From the NCBI GenBank assembly GCA_946183915.1, contig CAMHDJ010000007.1, positions 3,782-67,781 of the forward strand: a stretch of 64,000 bases of DNA, written 5' to 3'. Position numbers and translations under genes: made by a program. The notes under the pieces are model-generated. The model ran no database searches and was not told the origin of the DNA. It was given only the letters and a program-made list of their open reading frames with translations. The DNA is from an uncultured Bacteroidales bacterium (GTDB lineage: Bacteria > Bacteroidota > Bacteroidia > Bacteroidales > P3). Shown in pieces: positions 18,253-26,135 of this stretch; positions within the stretch are counted from its first letter, which is position 1, and every line of letters starts with the position of its first letter.

Positions 18253-18791
18253 AGTTCGTTGACTTCGCGGCGGAAAGATTCGCCCTGTTGACGGGTCGAA
18301 AGACCGTTGTAGCAAGCCGGCGAGTAGACGACCCGTACCTCGTCGTCGGTCTGGTAGCGATAGGCCTGTTGCAGGGCTTCGGCCAGGGTGGCACAACGCA
18401 CGATGGTGGGGATGATTCCGCGGAAGGTGTGCTGCATGCGGTCCTCGGCGTCGCCGACCACCAAGAGCATACGCACCTTGCGCAACGCCGGAGGCACGAG
18501 GCGGCTGTAGTCGGCCGTCTGGTCGTTAGCGTCGGCAATCCAGATCAGGCCACCCTGGAGGGTCTCGAGGGTGTACCACGTGGCATTGATGGTGCGGGCA
18601 GCGGCATCGTTGATATACTCACGTCCCCGGATGCGTGCCACAAACTCGAGGCGGTAGCGGGTGTTCTCCAGGTGGTTGAAGCAGGAACGCAATCCGGCAT
18701 CGCGCATGGCCTTCAGCCGTTGCACGTCGATCCCGGCCAGCCCGGTGTGTACTCTGTCGCGGCCCTGTAAGGCCATAGTTTCAATAGTCAT
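18249..18791 (-). CDS. MurD C-terminal-domain-only protein (truncated murD homolog, 180 aa)
   Basis: It occupies the murD slot between mraY and ftsW. It aligns by eye to the last third of MurD (YINDAAARTIN versus INDSKATN; VVYSPACYNGLS...QGESF versus LLSPACAS.DQF..RG..F). No Rossmann or P-loop domain is present. Confidence 0.6.
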   Translation of the reverse strand: MTIETMALQGRDRVHTGLAGIDVQRLKAMRDAGLRSCFNHLENTRYRLEFVARIRGREYINDAAARTINATWYTLETLQGGLIWIADANDQTADYSRLVPPALRKVRMLLVVGDAEDRMQHTFRGIIPTIVRCATLAEALQQAYRYQTDDEVRVVYSPACYNGLSTRQQGESFRREVNEL

Positions 18792-18830
18792 AACGATAGG
18801 TTGATCTATGATGGGTATGTTGTTTTGTTT

Positions 18831-20027
18831 TTATCGCAGCTTGAGGGTCGAGAGGGTGAAGATGGCTAGCAAGATAGAGATGATGATGAACCGCATGACT
18901 ACCTTCTCCTCGGCCACCCCTTTTTTCTGGTAGTGGTGATGGAGGGGAGTCATGAGGAAGGGCCGCTTCTCGACCGGCACCGGCACGCCGACAGGCAGTT
19001 TGTGCTTACGGCGATAGCGCTTGCAGCCAGTGGTCTGAATGATAACCGAGAGGTCCTCGACCAGGTAGATTCCACAAAGCAGGGGCAGCAGGAGCTCCTT
19101 GCGAATGAGAATGGCAAAGACAGCAATGATGCCGCCGATGGCCAACGAGCCCGTATCGCCCATGAAGATCTCGGCCGGATGGGTGTTGAACCAGAGGAAG
19201 CCTAGGGTGGCTCCCACAAAGGCAGAGCTGAAGATGGCCAGCTCGCCGATGTTGGGAAGGTACATAATGTTGAGGTAACCGGCCATGATGACGTTGCCGC
19301 TGACCCATGCCAAGAGAGCCAGGGCGCCACCGTTGACGGCGGCCACTCCGGTGGCAATGCCGTCGATGCCATCGGTCAGGTTGGATGCATTGCTCACAGC
19401 GGTAATGACCAATATCACCACAAGAACGAAGATCACCCAGGCATATTGCGTGGCCCACGGGCCCATCCAGCTGACGAGCCACGTGTAGTCGAACTCGTTG
19501 TTCTTGACAAAGGGTATGGTGGTCTTCAGCGGATCGGTGATGTCGGGGTGGAACGTGATGAGCAACCCCACCACCAGGCCCAGCAGCACCTGTCCCAAAA
19601 CCTTGTACTTGCCCGGCAGACCGGCCTTGCCACGGGTTTTCTTCAGGTAGTCGTCCAGGAAGCCGACCAGTCCCATCCACACCGTTGTACCCAGCATGAT
19701 CTGGACATAGATGTTGTCCAACTTGGCAAACAGGAGTGTAGGTATAACGATGGCCATCAGGATGAGCAGACCGCCCATGGTGGGAGTCTTGGCCTTACGG
19801 CTGGCCCCTTCGAGGCCCAACTCGGTGCGCACCTCGTCCATCATGCCCAACTTGTTCTGCATCCAGCGGATAAACGGACGTCCCAGGAGGAGCATGATGA
19901 GAAGCGACGTCACCATGCTGGCCGCCGCACGGAAGGAGATGTACTGGAATACACCCGCTCCCGGGAAATCCACCGCGCTGTTCAACCAATCAAATAGTGA
20001 ATATAACATATCTATTGTATATTTCAA
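18831..20027 (-). CDS. mraY: Phospho-N-acetylmuramoyl-pentapeptide transferase
   Basis: PGAGVFQYISFRAA, TPTMGG, NLTDGIDG and a C-terminal TLKLR. Confidence 0.95.
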   Translation of the reverse strand: MKYTIDMLYSLFDWLNSAVDFPGAGVFQYISFRAAASMVTSLLIMLLLGRPFIRWMQNKLGMMDEVRTELGLEGASRKAKTPTMGGLLILMAIVIPTLLFAKLDNIYVQIMLGTTVWMGLVGFLDDYLKKTRGKAGLPGKYKVLGQVLLGLVVGLLITFHPDITDPLKTTIPFVKNNEFDYTWLVSWMGPWATQYAWVIFVLVVILVITAVSNASNLTDGIDGIATGVAAVNGGALALLAWVSGNVIMAGYLNIMYLPNIGELAIFSSAFVGATLGFLWFNTHPAEIFMGDTGSLAIGGIIAVFAILIRKELLLPLLCGIYLVEDLSVIIQTTGCKRYRRKHKLPVGVPVPVEKRPFLMTPLHHHYQKKGVAEEKVVMRFIIISILLAIFTLSTLKLR

Positions 20028-21469
20028 TTAGCTAATTCCTTTTCCAGTTCCTCCACATCGTCGAAGTGGGAGCGCACTCCGTTCACCTCTTGGTACTTCT
20101 CGTGACCCTTGCCGGCCACCAGCACGATGTCGCCCTCGCGGGCCATCATGCAGGCCGTGCGGATGGCCTGACGGCGGTCGGTAATACGGACCACATGGCT
20201 GAGCTGTTCAGCGCTGAGGCCTGCTTCCATTTCGTCAAGGATGGCATCGGGGCTCTCTGTGCGGGGGTTATCGCTCGTGAGCACCACTTTGTCACTCCCC
20301 TCGACAGCAATCTTGGCCATCTCGGGCCGCTTCGTGCGGTCGCGGTCACCGCCACAACCCACCACGGTGATCAGCAGTTGGCTGGAACGGCGTATCTGGT
20401 CGATGGTCTCAATGACGTTTTGAAGGGCGTCGGGAGTGTGCGCATAGTCGACGATAGCAGTGATGCCTCGGCCACTGACATACTGGAACCGTCCCGGGGC
20501 GGCCTCGAGAAGACTCAGCAGACGCAGTGCGTCGTCGTCACCAATGCCGCTGAGGACAGCGGCAGCATAGATGGCGGTGAGGTTGTAGGCATTGAAGCGC
20601 CCCACCAGACGGCACCACAGCTCGCGGCCGTTGATGGAGAGATGCATTCCTTCGAAAGTGTCCTCAATCACCCGGCAGTGGTAGTCGGCCTGGTGTTGCA
20701 GACCGTAGGTGTACACCTTGGCCTGCGTGTTCTGTACCATCACCCGGCCGTTCTTGTCATCCACATTGACCAGTGCCCAGGCGTCCTTGGGCAGCGAATC
20801 GAAGAATCCCTTTTTGGCAGCAATGTAGTTTGCCATCGTCTTGTGGAAATCCAAGTGGTCATGGGTGATGTTGCTGAAGATGGCACCCGCAAAACGTACC
20901 CCTGCGATACGGTGCTGCACCACGGCATGGCTACTGACCTCCATGAAAGCATACTGGCAACCAGCGTCAACCATGCGGCGAAGCAACTGGTTTAACTCCA
21001 GCGCATCAGGGGTAGTATGTCCCGTGGCAAGCTCCTCCTCGTCGATTTTATTGACGATGGTCGAGACCAGTCCCACATGATAGCCCATCATGCGGAACAT
21101 ACGGTGCAGCAGCGTGACGGTGGTCGTCTTGCCATTGGTTCCGGTGATGCCGACCAACTTCAGCTGTTCCGACGGGTGTCCATAGTAGTTGGCGGCCATC
21201 AGTCCCAGTGCACGACTGCTGTCCGGCACCTTGACATAACTGACACCGTCGGTTGTCGATGCGGGTAATTCTTCACACACAATGGCCACAGCCCCACTCT
21301 CGATGGCTCCACCAATGAAGGTGTGCCCGTCGACCTTGGTGCCACGCTGGGCCACAAAGAGGGTTCCTTTGCCCACACGGCGCGAATCGAACTGAAGATC
21401 GTTCACTTCCACATCGGTCGGGCCACTCACTTCGGCCTCTATTCCTTTTATTATATCTCTCAGTTTCAT
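20024..21469 (-). CDS. murE: UDP-N-acetylmuramoyl-L-alanyl-D-glutamate--2,6-diaminopimelate ligase
   Basis: GITGTNGKTTT P-loop, DYAHTPDAL and a DNPR motif (SDNPRTE). Confidence 0.95.
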   Translation of the reverse strand: MKLRDIIKGIEAEVSGPTDVEVNDLQFDSRRVGKGTLFVAQRGTKVDGHTFIGGAIESGAVAIVCEELPASTTDGVSYVKVPDSSRALGLMAANYYGHPSEQLKLVGITGTNGKTTTVTLLHRMFRMMGYHVGLVSTIVNKIDEEELATGHTTPDALELNQLLRRMVDAGCQYAFMEVSSHAVVQHRIAGVRFAGAIFSNITHDHLDFHKTMANYIAAKKGFFDSLPKDAWALVNVDDKNGRVMVQNTQAKVYTYGLQHQADYHCRVIEDTFEGMHLSINGRELWCRLVGRFNAYNLTAIYAAAVLSGIGDDDALRLLSLLEAAPGRFQYVSGRGITAIVDYAHTPDALQNVIETIDQIRRSSQLLITVVGCGGDRDRTKRPEMAKIAVEGSDKVVLTSDNPRTESPDAILDEMEAGLSAEQLSHVVRITDRRQAIRTACMMAREGDIVLVAGKGHEKYQEVNGVRSHFDDVEELEKELAN

Positions 21470-21480
21470 GTCGTCTTCTG

Positions 21481-23769
21481 TTATTTCATTGTCAATACCA
21501 CCACACTTCCTTTCTTGGCGGCCACACCTGCCTGGGGCTGTTGTGCCGCTACCTTGCCGTATCCGTTGACGCGAGCACGGTAGCCCATCGCCTCCAGCAT
21601 TCCCACAGCGTCTTTGGCTGTCATTCCCTGGCAGTTAGGCACCTGTCCTTCGGTCGGGACGTATGGCACATAGCGGCCGGGGACACTGTCGTTGCCCTCA
21701 CGGAAGACCACCCAGCGGCTGGCCGAATCGGACGAGGGTAGCAGCTGGCGCAACATCCTGTACAGGCGGCGCATCTCGCTCTGGTCGCCACGAGCCACCA
21801 CCGGTCGCTGCTCCGCCTTGGTACTGTCGAGCTCCAGTTGGGGCCATACCGAACGCACCGCGCCGTCACTCAGGCGCTTGTCCACAGCCACCACACAATC
21901 GGAGATCGCCTTGAAGACCTCGGCTGCCTGTCGGCCATAGTAGGGAATGTCCTCCAACACCACCAGGCAGGTGTAGCGGGGATTCTCCGACGGGAAGAAG
22001 CCGCAGAAGGAGGCATTGTAGCGGCGCACATTGGCATAGCTGTGAACAGCCGTACCCGTCTTGCCGGCGATGCCGTAGGTATTGTTCTTGATGTTGTTAC
22101 CCGTACCGTGTTCCACCACCCCTTCGAGCATGGATCGCATCAGCATGGCACTCTCCCGACTGCACATGCGCGGGTTGAGCACCACCGGACGCGTCTCCAC
22201 CAGCCTGTCGCCATGCATCACCCCCTTGCAGAACAGGGGCTTCACCATGCGGCCCCCGGCGCCCAGTCCGTTGTAGAACGTGATGAGCTGCAGGGCCGAG
22301 ATTCGGGTGGAGTAGCCGTAGCAGAAGTTGAGAAAGTCGCGGTTCGAGGCGTGGAGGTCATTAATATATGTATTATATTCTTTAGCCTTCACATCGGGAT
22401 TGAGTTTGCCGTAGGGGAACATCCGCTCCACCAGCTGGCGCAGCGTGTCGCGCCGGTCGGCGTAGAGCTGCCAGCCCAGATCGCTCATACCCACGTTGGA
22501 CGACTGTTCGATCACCTCGCGCACGCTCAGCGAGTCACGCCCCTTGAGGGTATGGTCGTCCTTGATCTCGCCATACTTGCCCCCGAAGTTCTTGTATCCC
22601 GCCTTGAGTTGCATAGCGGTGTCGATCTTGACGCCCGGATCGTTGAGCATTGCCGTGAGGATGACCGTCTTGAAGGTGGAGCCAGGCTCGTAGACGTCGC
22701 TGACCGCCACGTTGCGGTCGCGCACCTCCAGGTAGTCGTGCACCGACGTGTCGACGGCCAGGTTGGCGCAGGCCAGAACATAGCCCGTCTGCATCTCCAT
22801 CAGGATGGCACAGCCTGCCTGCCCGCCAAAGCGGCGCAAGGCACCGCGCAACGAACTCTCTGCGATGTCCTGGTAGCGGGTATCGATGGTCGACACGATG
22901 TCGCGCCCGTCCACTTTGGCCTGCAGCACGATGGTGTCCACACGGTCCTGGTCGGTGCGTTGCGGCACCTCGCGGCGGCCATGCTGCTGGTCGGGAAGCC
23001 AGATACCCTTGGTCAGGCGGCGGCGACGGTAGGTGCCGTCCTGGCCTCGCAGGATGCTGTCGTAGGCTCCTTCCAGGCCGGTGTAGGTGTCGGCGTCGCG
23101 CTGGTTCTGGAATCCGATGGTGTTCTTGGCCATGTTGCCATAGATGTGGGCACGCTCCTGGCGGATGACGCTCTGCCCGTCGACCTCGCGCACCACGCCG
23201 CGCTTCCAGCCCGGAAGACGCATCACCTCGAGCCACACCGAGTAGGGCACGTGGCGCTCGACCAGGAAGCAGCGGCGGGGTTTCTCCTTGCTGCGCTCGG
23301 CGATCAGGCGGTCGCGGTAGTAGAGGGCGTCGTGCTGAGGCATCGCATCGGCCAGCATCACGCACATGCTGTCGAGGTAGAGGTAGAAGTTGGAGTCGGT
23401 GATGGGGCCACTCTCCACGGGGCGTCCCTTGCGGTCGTACTTCGGGTGGCCGTGTTCGTCGAGTTCCACCCGGTTGAAGAGATCCAGATAGAGGTCGCAC
23501 TCGGTGACCGTCGTGGCCAGAATCTTGCCGTCGCTCGAGTAGATGACGCCGCGCCGGGCGGGATCGGTGCGCACATCGGCCTCGCGTTTCTCGCCGCGGG
23601 CGCGCCACTCGTCGCCGTGCACCCACTGTATGTTGATGATACTCGCCACGATGGCCACACCCACCCCCAGCGTCAGCAGCAGGTAGAGCGCCGTCATGCC
23701 GCGCGTCATCCGTTTGTTATTATCTTTATTTTTATTATTGTCGCTCATAGCTCTTGTCTCTTTACTCAT
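21481..23769 (-). CDS. ftsI: Penicillin-binding protein 3-type transpeptidase, with a PASTA-like C-terminus
   Basis: TM anchor, PBP dimerisation region, transpeptidase motifs STFK, SSN and KTGT, and a C-terminal MTAKDAVGMLEAMGY segment. Confidence 0.9.
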   Translation of the reverse strand: MSKETRAMSDNNKNKDNNKRMTRGMTALYLLLTLGVGVAIVASIINIQWVHGDEWRARGEKREADVRTDPARRGVIYSSDGKILATTVTECDLYLDLFNRVELDEHGHPKYDRKGRPVESGPITDSNFYLYLDSMCVMLADAMPQHDALYYRDRLIAERSKEKPRRCFLVERHVPYSVWLEVMRLPGWKRGVVREVDGQSVIRQERAHIYGNMAKNTIGFQNQRDADTYTGLEGAYDSILRGQDGTYRRRRLTKGIWLPDQQHGRREVPQRTDQDRVDTIVLQAKVDGRDIVSTIDTRYQDIAESSLRGALRRFGGQAGCAILMEMQTGYVLACANLAVDTSVHDYLEVRDRNVAVSDVYEPGSTFKTVILTAMLNDPGVKIDTAMQLKAGYKNFGGKYGEIKDDHTLKGRDSLSVREVIEQSSNVGMSDLGWQLYADRRDTLRQLVERMFPYGKLNPDVKAKEYNTYINDLHASNRDFLNFCYGYSTRISALQLITFYNGLGAGGRMVKPLFCKGVMHGDRLVETRPVVLNPRMCSRESAMLMRSMLEGVVEHGTGNNIKNNTYGIAGKTGTAVHSYANVRRYNASFCGFFPSENPRYTCLVVLEDIPYYGRQAAEVFKAISDCVVAVDKRLSDGAVRSVWPQLELDSTKAEQRPVVARGDQSEMRRLYRMLRQLLPSSDSASRWVVFREGNDSVPGRYVPYVPTEGQVPNCQGMTAKDAVGMLEAMGYRARVNGYGKVAAQQPQAGVAAKKGSVVVLTMK

Positions 23770-24191
23770 AGTTCATACGGCGGGCCGCTGGTGATGCCGA
23801 CACCGGTTCCCTTGAGGTCCTCGGCAATCTGCGAGATCTTGACGCTCTGCTGGTATTGCTTCTGCATCTGGATCCGGTGCTCGCGCAGGTAGTTGATGCG
23901 CTCCTCGGTGGCCGCCTTCTCGCGGCTGAGATTCTCCACGCGGTAGCGGTTGCCGACGATGAGCAGCAGGTAGAGGAGACACAGCAGCACCAGCGGTATC
24001 TGCTTGAGGACCACACGCGCGCTGAGGGCATCGCCACCCAGCACACGACCCAGGCCACGGGCGGCCTTGGCGCTGCGCCGGGGGGTGCGGGGCGCTGCCG
24101 CAGCGGCCGGCGACGGCGACGCCGCCTCCACCTGCGGACGCGGCTCCTCGAGGCCTTCTTCGACCACTTTATCCCTGAACTTGTTTCCCAT
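23766..24191 (-). CDS. ftsL: FtsL-like cell division protein
   Basis: A small bitopic protein with a single TM (IPLVLLCLLYLLLIV) followed by a coiled coil. It lies between rsmH and ftsI, and its stop overlaps the ftsI start (ATGA). Confidence 0.7.
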   Translation of the reverse strand: MGNKFRDKVVEEGLEEPRPQVEAASPSPAAAAAPRTPRRSAKAARGLGRVLGGDALSARVVLKQIPLVLLCLLYLLLIVGNRYRVENLSREKAATEERINYLREHRIQMQKQYQQSVKISQIAEDLKGTGVGITSGPPYEL

Positions 24192-24220
24192 CTTTATCTT
24201 TAAACTTTAATCCTTCATCT

Positions 24221-25168
24221 TTAATCCTTTAACCTTCTCATCCCCACCCTCAGGCGAGCGCTGCGGGCGCGGCTGTTGACAGCCACCTCCTCGTCGCTGG
24301 CCTGCACGGCCCCGCGACTCACCATCTGCATCGTCGACAGGGGGTTGCCGTAGAAGTCTTTTTCCACCCGCCCCTCGAAGTTGCCCGTCTTCATGAAGTT
24401 CTTTACCAGGCGGTCTTCGAGCGAGTGGTAGCTGATCACCACCAGGCGTCCCTCGGGGGTCAGCAGCTCGGCGGCCTGCTCGAGCATGGCTTTCAGGGCC
24501 TCCAGCTCGCCGTTCACCTCGATGCGGAGGGCCTGGAACAGCATGGCCAGGTACTTGTTCTCCATGCCTCGGGGCAGGTGGCGGCCGACGGCGTCGCGCA
24601 GCTGGCCCGTGGTGTCGATCGAGGCCAGGGCGCGGGCCTTCACGATAGCGCGGGCCATCTGGCGCGCATTGGGCAGCTCGCCGTAGAGGTGCAGCAGGCG
24701 TGCGAGCTCCTCTTCGTCGAGGCTGTTCACCAGGTCGCGGGCCGACACGGGCGACTGGCGGTCCATCCGCATGTCCAGCTCGCCGTCCAGGCGCGTGGAG
24801 AAGCCCCGCTCGGCGGTGTCGAACTGGTGGCTGCTCACCCCCAGGTCGGCCAGCACCCCGTCGACCTGCCGCACGCCGTGCAGCCGCAGAAACGACTTCA
24901 GGTACCTGAAATTCTCGCCGATGAACGTGAACTCGGCCTCGCTCTCGCAGCTCTCCGCTCTCCACTCGCCGCTCTCCACGCGGCGGGCGGCGTCGGGATC
25001 CTGGTCGAAGGCATAGAGGCGGCCGCCGCGTCCCAGCAGCTCCAGGATGGCACGCGAATGGCCGCCGCCGCCGAAGGTCACGTCGACATAGGTGCCTTCG
25101 GGGCGGATCTGCAATCCGTCAATCGCTTCGGTGAGCATCACCGGCCTGTGGTAGTCATTGTTCGTCAT
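24221..25168 (-). CDS. rsmH: 16S rRNA (cytosine1402-N4)-methyltransferase
   Basis: HRPVMLTEA, DVTFGGGGHS, DLGVSSHQFD and ISYHSLEDR motifs. Confidence 0.95.
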   Translation of the reverse strand: MTNNDYHRPVMLTEAIDGLQIRPEGTYVDVTFGGGGHSRAILELLGRGGRLYAFDQDPDAARRVESGEWRAESCESEAEFTFIGENFRYLKSFLRLHGVRQVDGVLADLGVSSHQFDTAERGFSTRLDGELDMRMDRQSPVSARDLVNSLDEEELARLLHLYGELPNARQMARAIVKARALASIDTTGQLRDAVGRHLPRGMENKYLAMLFQALRIEVNGELEALKAMLEQAAELLTPEGRLVVISYHSLEDRLVKNFMKTGNFEGRVEKDFYGNPLSTMQMVSRGAVQASDEEVAVNSRARSARLRVGMRRLKD

Positions 25169-25613
25169 CGTGCAACCGTCCCAGCAGCTCCTCCGCCCGC
25201 ACAGCGAAGTCGCCTGATTTAGCGTTCATTTCGTCGTAGGTCTTGCGGTCCCAGAGCTCGATGAACTTGCCGGTCGATTGCAGCACTACCTCCTTGGCCC
25301 CCGCCACCAGGGCCTTCTGCTCGGCAGGCACCAGCAGGCGGTCGTTCGAGTCGAGCTCGATGATGTTGCCTTCGGTGAGCTTGCGCAGCAGTTCGCGGTC
25401 CTCGCGGCGGTAAGGATTCAGTCTGTCTTGGAGTTTTTCCACTTCCTCCCTGAAACTGGCATAGGTCCACAGCTCCAAACACTCGGCATAGATACTCTGG
25501 CGGATCACAAAGCGCCCGTCCTCGCTCTCCAACTGCCTCTTCAGGGCAATCGGGAACTTGAAACGGCCGTTCGAATCGACCTTACAGTACTCTTTTCCAA
25601 GTATTAACGCCAT
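25155..25613 (-). CDS. mraZ: Transcriptional regulator MraZ
   Basis: A 152-aa product with two SpoVT/AbrB-like halves (DSNGRFKFP and DSNDRLLVP). It is the first gene of the dcw cluster. Confidence 0.95.
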   Translation of the reverse strand: MALILGKEYCKVDSNGRFKFPIALKRQLESEDGRFVIRQSIYAECLELWTYASFREEVEKLQDRLNPYRREDRELLRKLTEGNIIELDSNDRLLVPAEQKALVAGAKEVVLQSTGKFIELWDRKTYDEMNAKSGDFAVRAEELLGRLHDDEQ

Positions 25614-25932
25614 TTTTACCTACTTTTTTCAGGTTGTAAAATTACGAAGAAAAACCCAATTTTTGACAAAAATTTCCTTTTTTTGTTTTTTTTAACCAAT
25701 TTTTGTTGTTCATAACCCATAACGCAATTCGCAGAAAAAAGTTTCATCCGACGGGGAATTTATTTTTCAAACCAACACTACAAGCCTTGTTATCAGCAGA
25801 ATACACATCATCTTTTAACACTTCGAAAGCATCATTTCGAGGGCCCGGAAGGGGGTGCGGGCGGGTGTTGAAAACTTTTGCCTCCGGTCGACTTGGCTCA
25901 AAAGCCACTCCCAGACCGCATTTCGGAGGCTG

Positions 25933-26075
25933 GATGCCTGGATGATGCCTAGTTGATGCCTAGTTGATGCCTAGTTGATGCCTGGTTGATGCCTGGATGA
26001 TGCCTGCCAGGATGCAGAGATGATGCAGAGATGATGCAGAGGGGATGCAGGGAGGATGCAGGGAGGATGGATGGA
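25933..26075. repeat. Array of about 13 degenerate 11-bp units with phased GATG(C/G)
   Basis: GATG starts at 25933, 25944, 25955, 25966, 25977, 25988, 25999, 26011, 26022, 26033, 26044, 26055 and 26066. Unit types are gatgcctagtt, gatgcagagat and gatgcagggag. Confidence 0.9.
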
Positions 26076-26135
26076 AGATATTATTTCGCACGGGACACAA
26101 TAATACATCGCGCGCGACGTTAACGAGGTGAAAAC

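Noticed and set aside
17123-18538. 471-aa minus-strand ORF overlapping ftsW and the murD remnant in another frame
   Set aside because: It is Arg/Pro/Gly-rich out-of-frame translation of ftsW. The ftsW frame shows SEDS-type membrane topology and motifs.
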